DNA of 64,000 nucleotides from a virus. Both the position numbers and the translations under genes were made by a program. The notes beneath the pieces were generated by a model. That model was not told the DNA's origin. It made no database searches and saw only the letters and a program-made list of their open reading frames with translations. The DNA lies in IMG/VR virus record IMGVR_UViG_3300014838_000020, positions 1-64,000 of that record, one strand, 5' to 3'. Shown here piece by piece: positions 29,822 through 38,475 of this stretch (positions within the stretch are counted from its first letter, which is position 1; every line of letters begins with the position of its first letter).

Positions 29822-30780
29822 GAAAACAAATCAACCCAAATTAATGCAGCCTCTTTGAACTTCTTAGTGTAACCTTCCGGTTCGCCTTCGATGACATCAG
29901 GTAACTTAGTAATCAATTCTCTATATGTTTCTACTGGAGTTATTTCAGTTAGTTGTATCTTCTGGACTTCTTTCCAGAAATTTTCATTCATTTGAAGTCC
30001 TGGAGCCTGCTTCTTTAGATTGGTATACACATTAGATTGCTTGCGATGTTCAACTGAAGGATAACCTGAACGAACTGCATAGCCTAGATGATCACAAACT
30101 TTTTTCGAAAGTACTCCAGCCCAAATGTCATCATATTGATCAAATCCCCAGTCAGGTCCAAAGATCCCAAAGTACATAATTGGAGTAAGTTCTGCCAACC
30201 ATGCCAAGTTCATTCCACACATTGGGTAAAAGTTATCTTTGGGTATAGTTTGGGTTTCGTAGAATTGAGTTGGTGAAAACCTCAGACCAGGATTATGTAG
30301 ACTAGTAGCGGCATCTAAATCGGGGACGTTACTCCACAGTCCATGACTAATTCCTACTGGAGATTGTTCACGAATGTCATACGGAAATCCGCGAGTGAAC
30401 TCAAATTGATTATTCGAAGGGTACCATCCAAGAGTAGTCTTACTCTCTAGATTTTCAATGTGACCTCGTAAAAAATTGGAACCATCAGGATAGCAATCAT
30501 TATCAAGAGTGTAGATGTGTGTAGCTTGTATTTGCCATGCTTTATAATATCCATAAGACCTACAGGCAGAAGACTGAGTAGGAATAATCCATTCATTCTT
30601 GCCTAAGTCCTTCTTGATATCCTTGTGATCATAAATGTATCCATCGAATCCCTTAGGCATTGTCGGTTTATCACCTATATCTTGAATGATAATTAATTCA
30701 GTAGCCTTTAATTCATCCCACTCTTCTAAAAACTTAAGATGGGGTAAATGATTTGGTATTACAACGATTGGATTAACCAC
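29818..30780 (-). CDS. Reversibly glycosylated polypeptide / UDP-arabinopyranose mutase homolog (GT75)
   Basis: Colinear plant RGP motifs: IVVIP, IIIQD, SACRSYGY, TLDNDC, RGFPYDIRE, SHGLWSNVPDLDA, PMCGMNLA, MYFG, YDDIWAG, KKVCDHLG, SNVYTNLKK. Confidence 0.9.
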   Translation of the reverse strand: MVNPIVVIPNHLPHLKFLEEWDELKATELIIIQDIGDKPTMPKGFDGYIYDHKDIKKDLGKNEWIIPTQSSACRSYGYYKAWQIQATHIYTLDNDCYPDGSNFLRGHIENLESKTTLGWYPSNNQFEFTRGFPYDIREQSPVGISHGLWSNVPDLDAATSLHNPGLRFSPTQFYETQTIPKDNFYPMCGMNLAWLAELTPIMYFGIFGPDWGFDQYDDIWAGVLSKKVCDHLGYAVRSGYPSVEHRKQSNVYTNLKKQAPGLQMNENFWKEVQKIQLTEITPVETYRELITKLPDVIEGEPEGYTKKFKEAALIWVDLFS

Positions 30781-31616
30781 TCTTTTGTCCTCTCTAGTCC
30801 TTCTTGCCAGTTTATCTTAGGTTGCCAACCATTCACTTTACCTACTGCAATATTATCGTTAGCAAAATGTTGAACATCACCAGGAAGCTTTTTACCTTCA
30901 ATGATTCTATCATAATCTAGTGTTTCTAGTAATGTATTAAGAGATAAGATATTCTCTGGGCCACCACCAAAGTCATAATCACTATTCTTATATAACTCGA
31001 AATTTTGAACTTGATCCATTAATAAATCAATATGGTCATCTATGTAAAGAACATCTCTAGTCTGTGTTCCATCTCCAAAAAGAGTAATAGTCTTATTTTG
31101 CACAGAAGCTTTAATAAACCAAGTGAACCATCCCCCATCTTCTGAACCTTCTTGGTTGTGTCCATAAACACTAGAGGGGCGATTAATGATATACTCTAGT
31201 CCGTAAAGTTCGTGATACATCTTAATGTATTGCTCGCCAACTAGTTTAGACAATCCATAAGGAGGAATGATTCCATCCTCTCCAGGATAAACTTTCATGG
31301 AAGAATTAAAAATTACAGGGATATTGTATTGCCTCGCAACTTCACAAACATTAAAGGTTCCTATTGCATTATCAATAAAATCTAATTGGGGATCTCGAAG
31401 TGAAATTTGAGTGGAACAATTAGCTCCGAGATGAACAATCATACAAGGGTGATGTTTTTCTACCGCACTCCTCAGTAAGTAATAATCAGAAGTGGAAGCA
31501 CCATGCTTCTTATCCATGCCTACAACATTAGGTAGTTTGTTAAGAAGATGGCCACCAATAAATCCTGCACTGCCTGTAACCAGGATTTTCTTGTTATATA
31601 ATTTGTCCAAAGTCAT
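30759..31616 (-). CDS. NAD-dependent nucleotide-sugar epimerase (extended SDR, CDP-tyvelose 2-epimerase-like)
   Basis: TGSAGFIG, YGLSK, S.RDP..DF..N..GT.NV, SS.KVY, RPSSVYG.NQ...D.GW..WF, GDGTQTRDVL. Confidence 0.88.
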   Translation of the reverse strand: MTLDKLYNKKILVTGSAGFIGGHLLNKLPNVVGMDKKHGASTSDYYLLRSAVEKHHPCMIVHLGANCSTQISLRDPQLDFIDNAIGTFNVCEVARQYNIPVIFNSSMKVYPGEDGIIPPYGLSKLVGEQYIKMYHELYGLEYIINRPSSVYGHNQEGSEDGGWFTWFIKASVQNKTITLFGDGTQTRDVLYIDDHIDLLMDQVQNFELYKNSDYDFGGGPENILSLNTLLETLDYDRIIEGKKLPGDVQHFANDNIAVGKVNGWQPKINWQEGLERTKEWLIQSL

Positions 31617-31624
31617 AATACTAT

Positions 31625-31653
31625 ATTATACTACATGTAATATACATTGTCAA
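31625..31653 (-). promoter_or_regulatory. Perfect consensus sigma70 promoter driving the sugar cluster (near-leaderless mRNA)
   Basis: TTGACA-17 nt-TATAAT on the - strand; ATG 31616 is only 8 nt past the -10 box; no SD. Confidence 0.8.
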
Positions 31654-31734
31654 ATAGCTTATCTAGTTAATAGTATGATGGCTTGTCAAAAATGTAGAAT
31701 ATAATGATGAATATTAAAAGAATTACTAAAGTCA

Positions 31735-32478
31735 CTAGTCGCAGCAACTGTAATTTAAGGTCAGTTTGCCATCAACTTCTGTATATTTATTAAAAATTTT
31801 TAATTGTCTTTCTAATTCCTTAATTTCTGATTCTCTTACTATAATTATTTGGTATTTCTTATATTGATTTAAATATTGAACTTTATAAATATTTCCATTA
31901 CATTTACTATCATCATCACCTTTTACTTCTAAAAATACATTAAATTCTGGTAAATAAAAATCAGGTGTATATGTAGTATTTAATTCAGATATTTTAATGC
32001 TATTAGGTTCATATTGGTATAGAATCTGATAGCAGTCACAAAGTTGTGCACATCTAGCTTCAATTTTGCTTCTTGTTTGAATATTTTTATAAACGGTAGG
32101 TATTCCATAGAGTCTACTAACCTTATCCACTGGTCTATTACTAAAAACTCCGTTAGCCCATTCTTCTTTCTTTTTAAGACTTTGTCGTGAGATATATTCA
32201 GGGGTTCTAGATTTTCCAATATTAGCATTCAGTAATATTTTTTTATGCCAATTCGGTAGGATATCTCCTCTATGGTTATGACCATGTATATATTTTGTGG
32301 TAGTATATTGTGAAAATACACTTTCACCGCAACCACAAGCACACAGACCACGATATGGTCGTGTTATAATGCGCCCAGATCCACCTGGACATTGGTTATG
32401 GCCCATTATGTAAACAGTTCTTAAATTTTTAACCGTTAGTTCTTGGCCACATCCACATTTGCATAATCTTGTATTCAT
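31735..32478 (-). CDS. Free-standing endonuclease (CxCGCG repeats + PD-(D/E)xK domain)
   Basis: Two CxCGCG..GHN repeats; RSKIE...YEP...YTPDFYLPEFNVFLEVKG. Confidence 0.8.
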   Translation of the reverse strand: MNTRLCKCGCGQELTVKNLRTVYIMGHNQCPGGSGRIITRPYRGLCACGCGESVFSQYTTTKYIHGHNHRGDILPNWHKKILLNANIGKSRTPEYISRQSLKKKEEWANGVFSNRPVDKVSRLYGIPTVYKNIQTRSKIEARCAQLCDCYQILYQYEPNSIKISELNTTYTPDFYLPEFNVFLEVKGDDDSKCNGNIYKVQYLNQYKKYQIIIVRESEIKELERQLKIFNKYTEVDGKLTLNYSCCD

Positions 32479-32618
32479 TACATATCACAACAGCTATCAC
32501 GGTACCCGCAGGTAGGACATTTGTAATGAGCGTGCTCTTGTAGCATCTTTCTGTCGCAGTAAGGACATACTAAATTTGGGGCTAAAGGGTTATGAGTCTT
32601 TTTAGATTCCTCGTCCAC
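32478..32618 (-). CDS. Small CPxCG-type zinc-finger microprotein (46 aa), not in the ORF track
   Basis: GTG start; reads MDEESKKTHNPLAPNLVCPYCDRKMLQEHAHYKCPTCGYRDSCCDM; TAATG overlap with the endonuclease gene. Confidence 0.7.
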   Translation of the reverse strand: MDEESKKTHNPLAPNLVCPYCDRKMLQEHAHYKCPTCGYRDSCCDM

Positions 32619-35367
32619 GTCTGCCTCTAGCTGGATCGTGACCTTGATTATTGTAACTTCTCCAAGTGCTAGAGAATGACTTTAGTTTCTCCCTACCTGA
32701 CATTTGGCCAACACCCGCTAGTTCACTCGGAGTGTGACTATGGTATCCACCCATAGCTGCTACTCCAAGAGTGGTCTTTCCTAGTCTGTCTCGTAGTTCT
32801 AGCTTATGGAAATTATTCTCTAGAAGATTATCGACACAGTGCATTATGCAGTCAGCAAGATCTTCTGTACGGACTGGACCGAAACTCATCTTCTGAACTT
32901 TTCCATTCTTAAGTTGTAAAAATTTTAGTTCTTGCTCTAGAAGGCATGTTTGTTCATCCCCAAATTGATCTTTAAAAGAATGCACCCAATTCATACCAAT
33001 CGCAGATTTAAACCGCTCACATCTCTGCATATTACTTTGTAGCGAAGCCTTCTCTTCCAGAATCATAGCCCTGTGTGCTGGACGCATTGCCCTAATTCGT
33101 TTCTTTAGACTATCGACCGTAACGAAACTACCGTATTGGTCAAAGGTAAATTTACGTATTGACCTAAATCTATCGAGAACATCAATCAGATCATCTTCAA
33201 TCATGGCATAGTCGATTTGGTGTTCTGGAAAATCTTCGGGTTTATAACAATTAATATGGTCAATGATAACATGTGTCCAGGTTTCATTATTCTCTGGATC
33301 ATAAATTTCTTCAGCATGAGCTACCATTACAGCAAAGTTATTGTTGTTCTTGCTGGGGTCAGCATGGCCATAATATATATAACCAAGTTTGCCTTGGTCC
33401 TGTGGAGTTAGAACACGCTCTATACCAGTGCTATCTTTAAATGAACTAAATATTCTTTCAACAATTCTTGGGTTCAAGAATGCATCAGTTACTTTAGCCC
33501 ATTGACTTAAGTTCTCAACCCTGAATGTTTCTGGATCTCGCTGTTCCAGTGCTTTCATTTTAGCATCATATAACTGCGGAACCTGTCTTCTAGTGAAAGG
33601 CATTCCTTCACATGCCTCTACATTATCCCAGTCTTCATAAGGGTCCCAACTAGCTAGTTGAATTGTTAACATCGTGGGAAATTCTGGATTACCTGCTTTA
33701 TCAATTTTAATACTATTTTTGTATAGTTCGTGAGCTTTGCCTACTTCGGTGTTATGACTGAACATACCATCGGCGAGTAATGTTTTCGTAGATGTACCAA
33801 GTGCTACAACATCACGATTCCCGGAATCCACAATTGATTCAACAGTAACATACTTAGAAGTTTTATCATAAATTCTTGTACCGTATAATCGGCTAGTAAA
33901 TTTAGCTAATAAACGTCGTGGGCGAATTGATCCAAGTAATTTCATTTTTTCTGATGGACCACCATTAATGGTAATATCAATGCAGTCTCTACCTTTTTCT
34001 TTAATATGAGTACAAAGATCATATCCACGCTCAAGTAGTATTTTAATTAGATTATCTAGTACTGGACCGGGGTTCTGGGCAATACCCAGTTGTCCTTGCT
34101 TAGAATAGGAACCTTCGCCATCATACATACCTGATAAATAGCCTGCATCATATGATTTATCGGTTTCCCAGGTGTCAATGTAACGAATCCTATCACCTTG
34201 CTTGAGGTTTTTGGTCTTAACCCATTTTAGTTCAGGGGAACCAGAGGTTCTTGTTAACCAAAGATGATCCCCAGTGCAAACTACCTCTGGACCATTTGTT
34301 TTTAACTTAAGCGTTGGTGCATTGATGATTGATGTTTCTGTAACGACTGCTTGACGCCAACTTCTGCCGTTGCCCTTACCACCTGGAGCATACTCATCGA
34401 ATCCTACTAATTTATCTCCAACTTTAAGAGACCCTACTGGTGCCCATGTGAGATCTTCTAAAAGAACTGGTGTTTCTGGCACAAGGCAATATGGTGATGT
34501 AGGAATAAAAATTAAGGCATCTTCACCAAACTGCATTAGTGCTGGGTTGATAGCAGCATATACAGCATGTGATGTTCTTGGTCCATCAGTTCCATCAACC
34601 ATGTGGGCAAACTCATCGTATACAACACTGAATACAGTCTTACCACGAGAGGCAGGAGCATTGGAACTAGCTACGTTTCCTCTAATAGAAGCAATTAGTC
34701 TTTGATTTTCTATACCTCTAGCATTTAGAGAAGCAATTTGACGTTTATCGGCTGGTGTTGTTAAAGCAAAAGAATAATCTCTAAGGTCAGCAATGTATGG
34801 CGCAAAGCATTTAGAGTTACTTATGAGGTTAATAAGGTCAGCAAACTGTAGCTCTTTAGCCTGTTTTTCTGCGGTTGCAATACAGGTTATTACGATACTT
34901 TTACCTCTAGCGACACCATAATATTCCTGTGGATCATCAAGAAGAATTAGTTTCCACAATTGATAAGCTAGAAGAATTGCCCCTAGGTGGTTCTTTCCAC
35001 CTCGTCGTCCAATAATTGCAATGATTTCTCCAAAATGGTCATAACCATTGGCTTTTAGCCACTCAACTCTCTTCCAAATATCTGGGTTAATCCCTTTAAC
35101 TATTTCATCAGAGGGATTGAACATTTCAGCCCATTCATTGATGACCCTGAGATCATACTCAGTCATGTTCTCTGTTTCAAGACACATCAATCTTAGTAAA
35201 GTTTTTTGTCTAGGGTATAACCTATCAGCTCCCAAGAAAGAAGGATGTTCAGCAAATTCTACAATAGAGGGTAAACGAACGTCCTCAGAGAGAGCGCCCT
35301 TCATCATCTCTAAAGGGTTTGTAATATTAGCTAGAGATTTTTTGTTTCTCTGATCAAATGATGCCAT
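32602..35367 (-). CDS. terL: Terminase large subunit, intein-containing
   Basis: LYPRQ, Walker A GRRGGKN, Walker B VVYDEFAH, coupling motif PTSP, nuclease HADPS...FDQY...EDLAD. Confidence 0.9.
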   Translation of the reverse strand: MASFDQRNKKSLANITNPLEMMKGALSEDVRLPSIVEFAEHPSFLGADRLYPRQKTLLRLMCLETENMTEYDLRVINEWAEMFNPSDEIVKGINPDIWKRVEWLKANGYDHFGEIIAIIGRRGGKNHLGAILLAYQLWKLILLDDPQEYYGVARGKSIVITCIATAEKQAKELQFADLINLISNSKCFAPYIADLRDYSFALTTPADKRQIASLNARGIENQRLIASIRGNVASSNAPASRGKTVFSVVYDEFAHMVDGTDGPRTSHAVYAAINPALMQFGEDALIFIPTSPYCLVPETPVLLEDLTWAPVGSLKVGDKLVGFDEYAPGGKGNGRSWRQAVVTETSIINAPTLKLKTNGPEVVCTGDHLWLTRTSGSPELKWVKTKNLKQGDRIRYIDTWETDKSYDAGYLSGMYDGEGSYSKQGQLGIAQNPGPVLDNLIKILLERGYDLCTHIKEKGRDCIDITINGGPSEKMKLLGSIRPRRLLAKFTSRLYGTRIYDKTSKYVTVESIVDSGNRDVVALGTSTKTLLADGMFSHNTEVGKAHELYKNSIKIDKAGNPEFPTMLTIQLASWDPYEDWDNVEACEGMPFTRRQVPQLYDAKMKALEQRDPETFRVENLSQWAKVTDAFLNPRIVERIFSSFKDSTGIERVLTPQDQGKLGYIYYGHADPSKNNNNFAVMVAHAEEIYDPENNETWTHVIIDHINCYKPEDFPEHQIDYAMIEDDLIDVLDRFRSIRKFTFDQYGSFVTVDSLKKRIRAMRPAHRAMILEEKASLQSNMQRCERFKSAIGMNWVHSFKDQFGDEQTCLLEQELKFLQLKNGKVQKMSFGPVRTEDLADCIMHCVDNLLENNFHKLELRDRLGKTTLGVAAMGGYHSHTPSELAGVGQMSGREKLKSFSSTWRSYNNQGHDPARGRRGRGI
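33751..34488 (-). mobile_element. Intein (246 aa) with LAGLIDADG-type motif in TerL
   Basis: Begins CLVPETPVL (Cys1), block B CTGDHLW, YLSGMYDGEGS, ends SHN followed by Thr+1. Confidence 0.92.
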
Positions 35368-35376
35368 AGTATATAA

Positions 35377-35577
35377 CTAGAGATTTCTACCCTGTTTATG
35401 CAGTGCTAATACTCTTTTCAAATTTTCTGTAGTTTCTATATCTTCAAAAGGAATAGAACCAGTAACTGGTTTCTTCTTTAGTTCCTTTAAAGTCTCTGTT
35501 AAATATCTGCAATGTCCGCACGCCACCCCAGTACAGGGTCCTATTACCCTAGGTTTAGAACTAGCTTCAAATTCCAT
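35377..35577 (-). CDS. Hypothetical protein
   Basis: Tightly packed ORF; CxxxxCGHC. Confidence 0.5.
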   Translation of the reverse strand: MEFEASSKPRVIGPCTGVACGHCRYLTETLKELKKKPVTGSIPFEDIETTENLKRVLALHKQGRNL

Positions 35578-35900
35578 TAAGGCTTTGCTCCAGGTGTGAG
35601 AATTCTAATCGTCATAATACGGTCTGCTACGGGTGGATTGCTAAAGTAAACATGAGTAACTATATCTACAAAACTACCATTAACCAATGTATCTAATTGC
35701 AATATAGCGCCATAAATTTGAAAGTAGACTCCGTAATCTCCAACTTTTAGAGAATTATCAACTAACGTCTGGAGAGGGAGTGGGTCAGTCCAAGGTGTAG
35801 GATCATTTTTACCTGGTGTAATATTAGTCGGTAACTGTTCACAGTCCTGACTTTGATAGGTATAACCAGTTAGATCGAGGTCGTTAAATAATGCAATCAT
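35577..35900 (-). CDS. Hypothetical protein
   Basis: Start and stop overlap the neighbouring genes. Confidence 0.55.
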   Translation of the reverse strand: MIALFNDLDLTGYTYQSQDCEQLPTNITPGKNDPTPWTDPLPLQTLVDNSLKVGDYGVYFQIYGAILQLDTLVNGSFVDIVTHVYFSNPPVADRIMTIRILTPGAKP

Positions 35901-36253
35901 GTTCCAACTTTTTCACCACGTAAAGCCCATAGTTTCCACTCACCCAGGTTAGGAAATGGTGGTTCAGGCCTATCATCCCAAATAAACTCACCATATTCTC
36001 CTACTGGATAATGATCTTTACAATGGAAACAGTAAGTTGCTCCATAGAAGTGAATGTCCCTCGCGTAAGTTTCAGCAATATCTTGACCCATTTTAGTTAC
36101 TTTCCAACACCTAGTGTGAAAATAACTACGTCTAATGGGACGGACAAAACCCTTTGCTCTTTCTTCTTCACTTAAAATTAGATAACATGCCTGTTGACCG
36201 TCATCTTTGATGACATCTAAACAGGGATCATTTCTATCAGTAGTTAGTCCCAT
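35897..36253 (-). CDS. Conserved phage protein with probable metal-binding residues
   Basis: YLILSEEERAKGFVRP.R.SY.H..C...T.M...IAETYAR...FYGATYC..C motif. Confidence 0.65.
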   Translation of the reverse strand: MGLTTDRNDPCLDVIKDDGQQACYLILSEEERAKGFVRPIRRSYFHTRCWKVTKMGQDIAETYARDIHFYGATYCFHCKDHYPVGEYGEFIWDDRPEPPFPNLGEWKLWALRGEKVGT

Positions 36254-37107
36254 TAGCCGTGAAGGTGACTTTCCATAGCGCGGAAGGCTGACTCTGCTTC
36301 GGATTTACTAGCATGAGTACTAAGCGTTTTGCCAGTTTTTTTAGACCATATCTCCCATTTTCCAGTTTTTGCATTATGACGAATGTACTTAAACTTAGCA
36401 ACTTTTGGATCTAATGCAGAACCAATTCGATACTTACTAGCTAATACTGCTAATGATGCTGCCTCTCCAAGTTCAGAAGCTAAACCAGCACCACCTTCTA
36501 GTTCACCAGCAGCAGCTGGAGCCTTTGATGGACTAGGACCAGGGCCACCTGGTTCTTCATCTGGTGAATTATTACGATTTGATTGGGAACCATTATTACT
36601 GGATTCACCAGTTGTTGGAGTGGGATCTACATCACCATATAAAGTACTAACGGCAGTCTTATAGGAATGCTTATGACCTAGTGCACTTGGGAAATTAGAA
36701 TGTTCTTGGTTATGTAATTTAACATTTTCTTCATGATCACGTATTAAATCATTATCCATTGCATGCTCTGTCATTAGATGATCGGCAAGTTTAAATGGAC
36801 TATCTGTACTAGCAGCTTTACTAACTGCTGGGGTACTAGAACGTTCTTGTTGGGGTACTTTAGGAGCAATCAATTGGCCTTGTCCACTAACTCCACTACC
36901 ATTCATATCGCTCTCTCCATTTGAAGAATCATAATCAATAGTAGGGGCCTGACTAGATTGTGGAGGTAAACTAGATGTGGGGGATTGTCCTTGCTGCGAT
37001 ACATCAGTTGGAGGTAACTGAGTTACACCTAGTCTTTCATTCCACAAGTATTCATCAATAGTATTGAGAGGGGTTACCTCTGATTGGCGAGCAACTTTGC
37101 GAGTCAT
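36253..37107 (-). CDS. Low-complexity protein with a His-rich module and basic C-terminal domain (possible internal virion protein)
   Basis: S/P/G-rich linkers; HLMTEH..H..LH..EH..GHKH; KWEIWSKKTGKTLSTH domain. Confidence 0.45.
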   Translation of the reverse strand: MTRKVARQSEVTPLNTIDEYLWNERLGVTQLPPTDVSQQGQSPTSSLPPQSSQAPTIDYDSSNGESDMNGSGVSGQGQLIAPKVPQQERSSTPAVSKAASTDSPFKLADHLMTEHAMDNDLIRDHEENVKLHNQEHSNFPSALGHKHSYKTAVSTLYGDVDPTPTTGESSNNGSQSNRNNSPDEEPGGPGPSPSKAPAAAGELEGGAGLASELGEAASLAVLASKYRIGSALDPKVAKFKYIRHNAKTGKWEIWSKKTGKTLSTHASKSEAESAFRAMESHLHG

Positions 37108-37280
37108 TTTAATCCGTTCCGTATTGTATGGGTAGTTCTAGCAAAGCTGATTCAACTTCGCCACCTGTGATATATCGGTAAATTTCTCCACGTTTATGTC
37201 GATTTTCGAATGCTTCGTTATTTACTTTTCTCACAACTTCTATTGCTGATGCTAATGAAATCAATTGTTCTGTCATTTCA

Positions 37281-37778
37281 TTACGCTTTCAGTTTGGGAG
37301 GTGGAACATACTTACCGGCTTTTTTGAGGAGATCTTTTTGTTCCTCATAAATTTCATCAGCTATACCAGCACCAACCGCAAATCGAGCTAATTCAGGGTC
37401 CCATTCATTTAGTCTACGGACTACTGTAATTTCAGGAGGATTGGGCCTTTTACTCAGACCAGACTTAATCCAGTCTACCTGTACAACAAAACCCAATTCA
37501 CGGAATTTCTCTTCAGATTCTTTCTTCATTTCACTAAGGTTATGGAATGTAGCTTGTCTTGATCCATATTTAGTTTGTAGGTGTTCCAATAGTTTTTTAA
37601 TTGCGACGAGCTCGTATTCGTTAACTTCAACAGCCTCATTATCCTCATTCATCACCCTAGAGCGTTCAGCATTAAAGGCTTTGAGTTGAGCTTCCTGTGC
37701 AGGAGTTAACTTTGGAAGCTTAGAAGGGTCCATCCCTTCTTGCATAGTTGTAGGATCTTTTGGGTTAATCAGTGGCAT
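37281..37778 (-). CDS. Hypothetical protein
   Basis: 165-aa ORF in the operon orientation. Confidence 0.6.
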   Translation of the reverse strand: MPLINPKDPTTMQEGMDPSKLPKLTPAQEAQLKAFNAERSRVMNEDNEAVEVNEYELVAIKKLLEHLQTKYGSRQATFHNLSEMKKESEEKFRELGFVVQVDWIKSGLSKRPNPPEITVVRRLNEWDPELARFAVGAGIADEIYEEQKDLLKKAGKYVPPPKLKA

Positions 37779-37797
37779 TATCGCTTATAATCTTTCT

Positions 37798-38433
37798 TTA
37801 TTTATCGCTATCTTGTAATACATCTGCACAGTCACTGCAAACATTACCCCAATGAGGGTGCTTATTCTTAGCATTTACTTTCTTTATGTTTCCACCACAC
37901 CGGTTGCACTCTTCAGGTACTGGGTGAGGGTCACCTCTTCCTTTTTGGTATGTAGGAGTATTACTAGATTGAGAGTCAAAATAAGTAAATTTACCTGCAG
38001 GATTTCCATAAGAAGAGAAAATTTTATGAGAGTTTTTTTCAAGTTTTGAATGCTTATAAGCTTCACAAGTTGTAGAGTCTTTACACTTTCTAAACCAAGG
38101 TAGTTTGTCCAATGGCTCGTACCTACCGGTAATAAACTCTTCATATTCGTTGGGATTCATGTTACTAACGACTTCACTGCGTGTAGAATTGAGAGTCTTC
38201 TTGGGCATATCTTGACCTAAATCAAGGTCTCTTTTGTGCATTTCTCTACCACAATTTTTACAAATGCCACTCTTGCATTCCTTACAATAATGGTCAGGAT
38301 CATCAGTGACAAAGCTAACTACCTCTGTATCTCGTCCAGCACCATGAGGTTGTCTAAAAGTAGAACCAGTATCCAGGTTTAGGACATCGCCAACTAGACC
38401 TTTAAATGACTTGGTGGTGGGGATATCGACCAT
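37798..38433 (-). CDS. Hypothetical protein with several CxxC motifs
   Basis: CKEC..CKNC and CNRC..CSDC pairs. Confidence 0.55.
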   Translation of the reverse strand: MVDIPTTKSFKGLVGDVLNLDTGSTFRQPHGAGRDTEVVSFVTDDPDHYCKECKSGICKNCGREMHKRDLDLGQDMPKKTLNSTRSEVVSNMNPNEYEEFITGRYEPLDKLPWFRKCKDSTTCEAYKHSKLEKNSHKIFSSYGNPAGKFTYFDSQSSNTPTYQKGRGDPHPVPEECNRCGGNIKKVNAKNKHPHWGNVCSDCADVLQDSDK

Positions 38434-38454
38434 ATTTGCGTACTTTTCTAGGGA

Positions 38455-38473
38455 TTTACAATTACTAGTGCGA
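38455..38473 (-). promoter_or_regulatory. Candidate phage late-promoter motif, copy 3
   Basis: TCGCACTAG-taatt-GTAAA on the - strand, about 32 nt upstream of ATG 38433. Confidence 0.5.
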
Positions 38474-38475
38474 AT

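Noticed and set aside
31660-31690. Second promoter upstream of the sugar cluster (TTGACA near 31683-31688)
   Set aside because: No acceptable -10 box at 16-18 nt spacing.
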